A DNA stretch of 64,000 bases, from positions 523,060 through 587,059 of the forward strand of contig CAYRKM010000001.1 in NCBI GenBank assembly GCA_964425075.1. Direction: 5' to 3'. The translations under genes and the position numbers were made by a program. Below the pieces are notes generated by a model. That model searched no databases and had not been told where the DNA came from. It worked only from the letters and a program-made list of their open reading frames with translations. Shown in pieces: positions 29,215 through 36,867 of the stretch (position 1 is its first letter; every line of letters starts with the position of its first letter). This DNA is from an uncultured Gammaproteobacteria bacterium. GTDB lineage: Bacteria; Patescibacteriota; Microgenomatia; Levybacterales; GWA1-39-11.

Positions 29215-30660
29215 ATGGACCCTAGTATATCTCAACCACAACCTGTACCTCAAGCGGAAAACACACAATCTCCCCCTGCGCCTCCCCCTCAACCACCAAC
29301 CGCTCCAAGTCCAATTGATCCATATTATGGAGACGAGAGCCCTAATAGAATTAAAAAATTACTAATTATTGCAGGTATTGCTGTTGGAGTTATTGTTTTA
29401 ATAATAATAATTCTTTTTGCAGTATCAAAAATAGGTGGGGGAAAGGATTCCGAAAATGTAAGTTTAACATATTGGGGGGTTTGGGAAGATGCTTCAGTAA
29501 TTCAACCAATTATTGATGATTATGAGCGTCAGCATCCCAATGTAAAAATAAATTATCAAAAACAAGATATTAAAAGTTTGGGCGACTATACAAAAAGACT
29601 TACAGCACGAATTGAAAAAGGGGATGGGCCTGACATTGTGCGCTATCATAGCAGCTGGGTCCCACAATTGAAATCATACCTTCTTCCGTTTCCAAAGAAT
29701 ATTGTTGAGAGTACAAAGTTAGAAACTGACTACTATAAAACTGTCCAGCGTGACATGAAATCAAGCGGGGCATATTACGGTATACCATTGGGAATTGATA
29801 CACTTTCGCTTTTTGTAAATACTACACTTTTAAAACAGATTGGTTCACCCCCACCTACTACCATGGATGATCTTGCATCGGTTGCTCGACAACTGACGGT
29901 TCCAGAGGATGGAAAAATAAGAACTTCTGGAGTTGCATTGGGAACATTTGATAACATTGCGCATGCTCCAGATATTATTTCGATGTTTATATTGCAAGAT
30001 GGTGGAGATTGGAGAAGGCCTGCAGGGTCTGCTAGAATTAGCACCGAACGTTCTCTAGAATTCTATACATATTTTTCTTCAGATAAAATTGATTCAAAAA
30101 CCTGGGACGACACTTTAGATAACTCAAAACTTGCATTCGCAAAAGGAAATCTGGGGTTATATTTTGGCTATTCCTGGGACATTTTTGAAATAAAGGCAAT
30201 TAATCCAGACCTTCAATTTAAAGTTGTAAAAGTTCCAAATGTTGCTGGAGGTCGCAAGAATACCGTTGCAAGTTATTGGGTTGAGGGAGTTAGTGCAAAA
30301 TCAAAAAGTCCAAAAGAATCGTTTGCATTTTTAGAATACCTTTCGAAACCAGAGACAATGCAAAAGCTATATGAACTTCAAACTAGGACTCGTTTGTTTG
30401 GTATCTTATACCCAAGACGCTCAATGGCCCCGCTCTTATCTTCAAATGAATTAATAAGTCCTTTTATAAGTCAAGCTGATGATGCTCAATCAACAGGTTT
30501 TTCTTCAGACACATATGATGGTGAGACTGGCATAAATACATTACTTAATGTATATTTAGGAAATGCAATTCGCTCAATTAACAACAGTACTTCTATTCAA
30601 TCGGCTGTTGATACGTTAGGAGAAGGAGTGAGGCAAGTTCTTGATCGTTATGGAGAATAA
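29215..30660 (+). CDS. ABC transporter substrate-binding protein (family 1, sugar-type), TM-anchored with a Pro-rich N-terminal tail; no cognate permease/ATPase adjacent
   Basis: 481 aa. N-terminus PQPVPQAENTQSPPAPPPQPPTAPSP, then TM. SBP-like YWGVWED...VKINYQ. Confidence 0.6.
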   Translation: MDPSISQPQPVPQAENTQSPPAPPPQPPTAPSPIDPYYGDESPNRIKKLLIIAGIAVGVIVLIIIILFAVSKIGGGKDSENVSLTYWGVWEDASVIQPIIDDYERQHPNVKINYQKQDIKSLGDYTKRLTARIEKGDGPDIVRYHSSWVPQLKSYLLPFPKNIVESTKLETDYYKTVQRDMKSSGAYYGIPLGIDTLSLFVNTTLLKQIGSPPPTTMDDLASVARQLTVPEDGKIRTSGVALGTFDNIAHAPDIISMFILQDGGDWRRPAGSARISTERSLEFYTYFSSDKIDSKTWDDTLDNSKLAFAKGNLGLYFGYSWDIFEIKAINPDLQFKVVKVPNVAGGRKNTVASYWVEGVSAKSKSPKESFAFLEYLSKPETMQKLYELQTRTRLFGILYPRRSMAPLLSSNELISPFISQADDAQSTGFSSDTYDGETGINTLLNVYLGNAIRSINNSTSIQSAVDTLGEGVRQVLDRYGE

Positions 30661-31597
30661 TTTACAGGAAAGCATTATAAATGCACTTACCTATTTTGAT
30701 ATTTTTGATTATCCCCTTACTTTAGTAGAGCTAAAAAAATATTGCGACACAAAAATTTCAATAAGCGACGACGAGTTTCTTGATATTTTAGATTCTATTT
30801 ACCTTGTTCAAGAGTCTCAAGGTTTTTATCATCTATTGGGACGAGAGAAAATTGTTGAAAAGAGACTTGTTAGAAGCGAGTTGAGTATTCAGAAAATGGC
30901 AAAAGCAAAAATAGCTGTAAAGATATTGTCAAAAATTCCGTTCATAAAGCTAATAGGTGTGAGTGGAAGCTTGTCAATGAATAATTCTCAAGACGATGAT
31001 GACATAGATCTGTTTTTTATTACACAGAGGAATTCGTTATGGATTGCTCGTTTATTGGTTTCAATGGTCTTATTGGGGGTTGGGCAAAAAAGAAAGAAGA
31101 AAGAGAAGTATGGTAAAAATAAAATTTGCCCAAATATGTTTTTGAGTGAAGACTCAATGTATTTTTCAAAAAAATCTCAAAATCTTTATATAGCTCATGA
31201 AGTTCTTCAACTTAAAGTTTTGTTTGATAAGAATAATACTCATCAAAAATTCTTAAATAAAAATAAGTGGATTGAGGGGATTTTGCCTAATGGTTATCAC
31301 CCCACTTTTGTAAGGAGCAAAAAAGGTTCATTTGTAGAAAAATTTACCAAAGCTTTAATACCAGTTAATCTGGTATTTTATTTAATGCAGAAATTTTATA
31401 TGTCACCACACCTTACTATTGAAAGAGTTAATAGGAAATCTGCTTTTTTTCATCCTGTTGATAAAGGTAAGATAATTCTTGATCTTTTTGCACTTAAATC
31501 TAAAATAAATATTGATCGGTATTTTTCAAATCAATGGCTTGGACCGGACGAGGCAAAATTTTACTTTGATGATAAGAAAATGAGGATTTTGAACTAA
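30650..31597 (+). CDS. Hypothetical protein with a Pol-beta-type nucleotidyltransferase motif
   Basis: The ORF-track start at 30641 is TTG; the ATG is at 30650. LIGVSGSLSMNNSQDDDDIDLFFI fits the hG[GS]...D-x-D NTase signature. The remainder is uncharacterised. Confidence 0.4.
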   Translation: MENNLQESIINALTYFDIFDYPLTLVELKKYCDTKISISDDEFLDILDSIYLVQESQGFYHLLGREKIVEKRLVRSELSIQKMAKAKIAVKILSKIPFIKLIGVSGSLSMNNSQDDDDIDLFFITQRNSLWIARLLVSMVLLGVGQKRKKKEKYGKNKICPNMFLSEDSMYFSKKSQNLYIAHEVLQLKVLFDKNNTHQKFLNKNKWIEGILPNGYHPTFVRSKKGSFVEKFTKALIPVNLVFYLMQKFYMSPHLTIERVNRKSAFFHPVDKGKIILDLFALKSKINIDRYFSNQWLGPDEAKFYFDDKKMRILN

Positions 31598-31609
31598 AAC
31601 TCCAGGATA

Positions 31610-31638
31610 TTGACATGGTTTTCCGTTTACTGTATAGT
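31610..31638 (+). promoter_or_regulatory. Near-consensus sigma70 promoter for greA: TTGACA-17 nt-TATAGT
   Basis: -35 at 31610-31615 and -10 at 31633-31638. This leaves a ~78-nt leader containing a CCCTC...GAGGG hairpin and a T9 run. Confidence 0.55.
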
Positions 31639-31722
31639 ACCTGCATAAAGCTTTACATTTCCCTCAACCGACTTTGCGAGGGATTATTGTAAGCAATTTT
31701 TTTTTAAGAAAACAATCCGAAT

Positions 31723-32199
31723 ATGGACAACAAGAAAAAAATATTTGTCACCAAACAAGGTCTTGAGGAGCTTAAAAATGAGCTAAAAGACCTTGAAAAA
31801 GTAAAGAGACCTCAGGTCCTAGAGAGGGTTTCGGCAGCCCGTGCTATGGGAGATCTTTCTGAAAATTCAGAATATACGGCAGCTCGGGAGGAATTGTCTT
31901 TGATGGATGGTAGGATTGAGGAGCTTCAGGAAATTCTCAAAAAAGCAGAGATTATTGCTGAAAAAGGAGCATCAAAAGGTAATTCAAAAGTTCAGCTCGG
32001 GTCAAGTGTGACAGTTAAGATTAATGGCAAACAAGAGGTTTTCAACCTCGTTGGTGAATGGGAAGCAGATCCACATGAGAAAAAAATCTCTCATGAGTCC
32101 CCCCTTGGCCAGGCTTTATTAGGGAAAGCAGTAGGAGAGAAAGTTGACGTTGATGCACCAGCAGGTAAGATAACTTATCACATCGTAGCAATCGGCTAA
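31723..32199 (+). CDS. greA: Transcription elongation factor GreA
   Basis: 158 aa. The N-terminal coiled-coil LSENSEYTAAREELSLMDGRIEELQE and C-terminal FKBP-like domain are classic GreA. Confidence 0.9.
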   Translation: MDNKKKIFVTKQGLEELKNELKDLEKVKRPQVLERVSAARAMGDLSENSEYTAAREELSLMDGRIEELQEILKKAEIIAEKGASKGNSKVQLGSSVTVKINGKQEVFNLVGEWEADPHEKKISHESPLGQALLGKAVGEKVDVDAPAGKITYHIVAIG

Positions 32200-32220
32200 A
32201 AAAGCCTTTTTCTACGATGA

Positions 32221-32244
32221 CCCCGATTAAATCGGGGTTTTTTT
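32221..32244 (+). terminator. Rho-independent terminator after greA
   Basis: CCCCGAT-TAA-ATCGGGG perfect 7-bp stem followed by TTTTTTT. Confidence 0.6.
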
Positions 32245-32271
32245 GTATTTAGAGCTTAATGACCGTATAAT
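32243..32271 (+). promoter_or_regulatory. Promoter for lysK, TTGTAT-17 nt-TATAAT, with the -10 only 6 nt upstream of the ATG (predicted leaderless transcript)
   Basis: -35 at 32243-32248, -10 at 32266-32271, ATG at 32278. No Shine-Dalgarno is possible. Confidence 0.5.
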
Positions 32272-32277
32272 TACATT

Positions 32278-33771
32278 ATGTTTTGGGCTGATAAAATTTT
32301 AGAAAACCGTGAAGGTAAAGAATGGATTAACGATGCCTGGACCCCCTCCGGAATTGTTCATATGGGTTCAGTTAAAGGTCCTGTAATCCATGATGCTTTG
32401 TTTAAAATTTGTAAAGAAAAAGGAAGAGAGAGCAAATTTACATTTGGATTTGATGATCTAGACCCAATCGATGGTTTACCTGAATCATTACAGGAAAAAC
32501 TAGGGGAATATATGGGTATTCCCATCTGCAACGCTCCTTCCCCTGATGGAAAAGGCACATTTGGACAATATTTTGCCAAAATGTTCGAGGAAATATTTGA
32601 AAAATTAGGAATTGAAGCTGAGATTTATCTTGCTTCTGATTACTATAAAAAAGGAAAGTACGATGAAGCAATTAGGTTTGTTTTGGATAATGCAGATAAA
32701 GTAAGAAAAGTGTATTCAGAGATGTACCACAAGGAAATTGCAAATGATTGGTTCCCATTGCAAATTATTTGTCCTAATTGTGGAAAGTTAGGAACTACAA
32801 GGGTAACTTCTTGGGATGGTAAAGAGGTGGAGTATGAGTGTTCTCCTACGCTTGTTAAGTGGGCTCAGGGGTGTGACAGTAGCGGAAAAATTTCCCCATT
32901 TGGTGGTAATGGCAAAATGCCTTTTAAGGTTGAATGGGCTGCGAAGTGGTGGACATTTGGGGTAACAATTGAAGGCGCTGGAAAAGACCACGCCTCAGCA
33001 GGTGGTACATATGATGTGGCAAGAAAAATAATAAAAGATGTTTTTGGTAAAGAGCCTCCGTTGCGACTTCCTTATGAGTTTTTTCTTTACGATGGTAAAA
33101 AAATGTCATCTTCAAAAGGATTGGGACTTACTGCACACGAATTATTAGAAGTTATATCACCACAAATGTTTAGGTTTCTGATGCTTAAAACAGAACCAAA
33201 CAGTACTGTTGAATTCAACCCATTTGGTACGCAAATTATCCCAAAGCTATATGAGGATTACTTCAGAGCTGCAGAAGAGCATAAGAGTGGATTAGGAAGT
33301 GATTTGGCACGTAGTTTTGAGCTTTCACAAGTTGGAAAAACTATTTATCCTCCAAAGTTTAGGTTTTTAACACTTTCTCAGTGGGTGCAGATGCCAAATA
33401 TGGATGGTGAGATTGAAAAAGAAGGACTATCTGAATGGGCACAATATGCGAAAGTTTGGATTGAAAAATATGCACCTGAAAACGACAAGTTTCTTATCCA
33501 AAAAGAACTACCTGACTTATCGGGTTTAAGTAATGAGCAAAAGGAATACTTAGCATCCCTCGTTTCACTGTTTGAAACTGAGCTTACAGGCGAAGAGCTT
33601 CAGGCAGCCGTGTATGAAAAATCAAAAGAAAAAGGGATAAGTTCAATGGACGCTTTTAAAGCTATTTATGCAGCATTTTTGGGCAAAGATCATGGGCCAA
33701 AAGCAGCATGGCTACTTCAAAGTTTGGATAGAGATTTTGTAAAGGAGAGACTTCAAGAAGCCTCAAAATAA
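32278..33771 (+). CDS. lysK: Lysine--tRNA ligase, class I (archaeal-type LysRS)
   Basis: 497 aa. PSGIVHMGSVKG (HIGH-like) and KMSSSKG (KMSKS) class I motifs. FWADKILEN... start typical of LysK. Confidence 0.85.
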   Translation: MFWADKILENREGKEWINDAWTPSGIVHMGSVKGPVIHDALFKICKEKGRESKFTFGFDDLDPIDGLPESLQEKLGEYMGIPICNAPSPDGKGTFGQYFAKMFEEIFEKLGIEAEIYLASDYYKKGKYDEAIRFVLDNADKVRKVYSEMYHKEIANDWFPLQIICPNCGKLGTTRVTSWDGKEVEYECSPTLVKWAQGCDSSGKISPFGGNGKMPFKVEWAAKWWTFGVTIEGAGKDHASAGGTYDVARKIIKDVFGKEPPLRLPYEFFLYDGKKMSSSKGLGLTAHELLEVISPQMFRFLMLKTEPNSTVEFNPFGTQIIPKLYEDYFRAAEEHKSGLGSDLARSFELSQVGKTIYPPKFRFLTLSQWVQMPNMDGEIEKEGLSEWAQYAKVWIEKYAPENDKFLIQKELPDLSGLSNEQKEYLASLVSLFETELTGEELQAAVYEKSKEKGISSMDAFKAIYAAFLGKDHGPKAAWLLQSLDRDFVKERLQEASK

Positions 33772-34317
33772 ATGGAACCACTTAATTTTGTAACCGGAAA
33801 TAAAAATAAAGCAAGGGAAGCCCAAACAATACTTCAAATTCCAATCAATATCGTTGATTTAGAGCTTGATGAGGTGCAGAGCATGGATTTGGAGTATGTT
33901 GCAAGGAAAAAGGCAGAAGAGGCATTTAAAATCGTTGGAAAGCCTATCATGGTTGATGATGTGGGTGTGTTTATAGACGCGTGGAATTCTTTCCCTGGTC
34001 CTTTTGCAAAATATGTCTACGAATATATCGGAAACCAAAAACTCTTAACGCTTCTGAAAGGTGAAGAGAATAGGGCGGTTAGTGTTGTAGCAATTATTGC
34101 GTATTACGACGGAGAGAATATGCACCTTTTTAAAGGAGAAATGAAGGGTACCATATCAACTGAAGAACGTGGTGGTCAGGGATGGGGATATGATCCAATT
34201 GTGATACCTGAGGGAGAAGAAAAGACCCTTGCAGAACTTGGTATTGAGCATAAAAATCATCACTCACATCGTGCATTAGCGCTTAAAAAATTCAGAAAAT
34301 TCTTGGAATCCAAGTAA
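33772..34317 (+). CDS. rdgB: Non-canonical purine NTP pyrophosphatase (RdgB/HAM1 ITPase)
   Basis: 181 aa. FVTGNKNKAREAQ N-terminal signature and WGYDPIV. Start overlaps the lysK stop (TAAATG). Confidence 0.85.
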   Translation: MEPLNFVTGNKNKAREAQTILQIPINIVDLELDEVQSMDLEYVARKKAEEAFKIVGKPIMVDDVGVFIDAWNSFPGPFAKYVYEYIGNQKLLTLLKGEENRAVSVVAIIAYYDGENMHLFKGEMKGTISTEERGGQGWGYDPIVIPEGEEKTLAELGIEHKNHHSHRALALKKFRKFLESK

Positions 34318-34323
34318 ATAACC

Positions 34324-34350
34324 ACAAAAAAACAGCGTCTCCGCTGTTTT
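34324..34350. terminator. Bidirectional rho-independent terminator between rdgB (+) and the pilin gene (-)
   Basis: AACAGCG-TCTC-CGCTGTT stem-loop flanked by A7 upstream and T4 downstream. Confidence 0.5.
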
Positions 34351-34368
34351 AAATAAATCCTATTTTTG

Positions 34369-34830
34369 TTATCGAGTGACTGAAATTACTTGAGATAATT
34401 CTGCGTCTGGTGCACTTACTGTGACGCGGCTGTTGGTTGTTGAGCGTACAATCTCGTATTGTGTGTCATAGTCTGTGCAGTCTGTGAATGCACCTGTTTG
34501 AGGGTCAACAGGTAGTTGTGCAATGTAGGTAGGAACAAGAGCTGAACAGATATCTACGCCTGCGTTGGAAATATTTCCTGCTCCAGCAGTTGTATCTGGG
34601 ATACCTAGAGCTGATAGATCTCCGTTATTATCAACAGAATATTGTCCAACTGCATTAAGAATAGCATTTACATCAGAACTTCTTTGAGTATTATTTGCTT
34701 GTGAGAATTGTCGTGCTGGATTAATTGCAATAAGAGTAATAGCAAGAAGAACTGCGAGGATCCCAATAACAACCAAAAGTTCGATGAGCGTAAATCCTTT
34801 TTGGTTTTTTATTCTGAATAACTTCTTCAT
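34369..34830 (-). CDS. Type IV major pilin (prepilin with N-terminal cleavage/methylation domain)
   Basis: 153 aa. KGFTLIELLVVIGILAVLLAI is the class III signal peptide and N-methylation motif. Confidence 0.85.
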   Translation of the reverse strand: MKKLFRIKNQKGFTLIELLVVIGILAVLLAITLIAINPARQFSQANNTQRSSDVNAILNAVGQYSVDNNGDLSALGIPDTTAGAGNISNAGVDICSALVPTYIAQLPVDPQTGAFTDCTDYDTQYEIVRSTTNSRVTVSAPDAELSQVISVTR

Positions 34831-34915
34831 GGGCAGATATTTAATCTATATTCATCATATCTATAATAATTTATTCTTGTCAATAGGGTATTTTGAAGCT
34901 AACTATATCAAAATA

Positions 34916-35977
34916 CTATCGTGAAAGAGTAATCACGACATGGAATTGACTAACTGGAGAGGTTTGGGTGGTTACATTGGTATCTATTGCTTTAAGCACC
35001 TCCAGTATGTTTTGTTGTATGCTGCTTGATACTGTCGGATCAAAAACTACTATTGTTTTGCTTCCCAATGTTACGTTTTTCGTATCCAATTCGATATTTT
35101 GAAAATTAAGTTCGCTTAGGGATGTTTGAAGTTTTCCAAATCTTTGTAGATCGCTTGTTCTAACTTGAATTTTGGTTTCGGTAGGTAGGGTTATAGATTT
35201 TGCAATTGGGGCAGTAGGACTCACTGACGCGACTTGTACTGGCTTGGCTGGAGTTGGTTTTTGAGCTATATTTTTTGAGTTAGCTGAATTTGTAACTGTA
35301 TAAACCACAATAAGAACGCCAACAAGGGCTACAAATACTGCAGAAAGAATTATTGTCCTTTTGTTTTTTGGATTCTTTAAAAAAGGCATATCTTCCGTGT
35401 TTTTTTGTTCTGGTTCAGAAATAGTGGTAGCTTTTTCTTCGGAAATGAAGCTGTATTCTTTTATCTGCTCAGTTTTTTTAAGAGCTTCTTCAGCAACTTG
35501 CCTTGTAAAACCGTTAGTAACATCTATGCCCTGAAGAATGAAATATGAAATAGATGCATAAGAAAGCATGTTTCCATTTTTTTGAAAACCCTCAACTATG
35601 CAGTCAATAAGCGCAGAATTGGTTGCAAAAACCATCATACTTTCTTTGGACTTAATTTCTTTTACAATCGTATATTCGAAGGGAACACTTGAGATAAATG
35701 TTTTTATAACATCAACTTGTTTATCAAGAGGAATGTTTTTTATTTCCTTTCCAAATATCAAATCATCATAAATTAACATCGTAAATGTTACTCCAGTTAT
35801 GTTATTTGTCTGGGAAAAAAGTGCGAGTTGGTTGATGAGTTCTTGATTATTAACTACATCCATATCCTGCACTATAGTGGGGGGGAATGCATAATGGATG
35901 ATATCTCCAATTTCAGGAAGATATAGATCAATGCTGTTTTTGGTTAAAAAAATCAAACCAGTTTTCTTTGTTGCCAT
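34916..35977 (-). CDS. Bitopic membrane protein of the pilus locus: ~190-aa cytoplasmic N-domain, one TM, periplasmic C-domain (PilN/PilO-like role?)
   Basis: 353 aa. TM RTIILSAVFVALVGVLIVVYTV at the mid-point. No confident homology. Confidence 0.35.
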   Translation of the reverse strand: MATKKTGLIFLTKNSIDLYLPEIGDIIHYAFPPTIVQDMDVVNNQELINQLALFSQTNNITGVTFTMLIYDDLIFGKEIKNIPLDKQVDVIKTFISSVPFEYTIVKEIKSKESMMVFATNSALIDCIVEGFQKNGNMLSYASISYFILQGIDVTNGFTRQVAEEALKKTEQIKEYSFISEEKATTISEPEQKNTEDMPFLKNPKNKRTIILSAVFVALVGVLIVVYTVTNSANSKNIAQKPTPAKPVQVASVSPTAPIAKSITLPTETKIQVRTSDLQRFGKLQTSLSELNFQNIELDTKNVTLGSKTIVVFDPTVSSSIQQNILEVLKAIDTNVTTQTSPVSQFHVVITLSR

Positions 35978-35986
35978 ATAAATAGT

Positions 35987-36376
35987 TTAGTAAATTTCCC
36001 CCATCGATGTAACTGTTAGTATTTCGTCGGTATATGTAGCTTGCGCTTCTACAGTTCTTATTGAGTCACCTACTGTTGATGTTGAATTTATAGTATAGAT
36101 TCCTGCGTTGTTTGTCACACTTACTACTACTTCTCCTTCAGGAAGGTCAAGAGTTTCCCCAGCATAATTTGGATTTCTAAGTATTTGCATCAGAGCATTT
36201 TCAATTCCACTTTCAGCAATATAATAGCTTTGGGTGCTTTCTGAGAAACGAGTTACATTCAATAAATTATTAAATAAAACAATCACTGCAGCAGTAGTTA
36301 CTATTGTAGAGATAGCCACAAAGAAAAGAAGTGTTATAAGTGCGTGTCCTTTTGATTTGTTTGTGTGTATTTTCAT
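35987..36376 (-). CDS. Pseudopilin/minor pilin-like protein
   Basis: 129 aa with N-terminal hydrophobic prepilin-like helix (GHALITLLFFVAISTIV). Confidence 0.45.
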   Translation of the reverse strand: MKIHTNKSKGHALITLLFFVAISTIVTTAAVIVLFNNLLNVTRFSESTQSYYIAESGIENALMQILRNPNYAGETLDLPEGEVVVSVTNNAGIYTINSTSTVGDSIRTVEAQATYTDEILTVTSMGEIY

Positions 36377-36867
36377 CGTGTTGCAACTGCGGTATGAACA
36401 TGTATTTGCTCAGGTTGTCCTCTTAATTTTGCTTGGCTATCAAGATTAAAGTCTATTACTATACTGTGATTTCCTCCAGTATTTCCTATGCGAAGAAATG
36501 AAATATTCAAAAAAGCACTTCCAGTACTATTGAGCTGATGTGTACCGCTATTATTTGATAGTTCTAAATTTCCTGAATTAAGTGAATAGGTGTAAGTTTC
36601 TCCCCCAATATCAAGTTGTAGGCTTGAGGTTTGCATTCCAGTCTCAGATGGTACGACAATATCATCTGCTCTATGGATATCATATGTCAATCTCTCAACA
36701 ATAAATCGTGAATCTTGTTGAATTATTGATGTTGTATCTGATTCGACTTGAACATCAAGAACAGACGTAAAAATGCTTGTGGTTACATACATAAAAATGC
36801 TAAATACGGCAACGTAAACGATAAGTTCCATAAGCGCGAACCCTCTTTTGTTAGAATAATTTTTCAT
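36373..36867 (-). CDS. Minor pilin with prepilin-type N-terminal domain
   Basis: 164 aa. KRGFALMELIVYVAVFSIFMYV prepilin motif. Confidence 0.6.
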   Translation of the reverse strand: MKNYSNKRGFALMELIVYVAVFSIFMYVTTSIFTSVLDVQVESDTTSIIQQDSRFIVERLTYDIHRADDIVVPSETGMQTSSLQLDIGGETYTYSLNSGNLELSNNSGTHQLNSTGSAFLNISFLRIGNTGGNHSIVIDFNLDSQAKLRGQPEQIHVHTAVATR

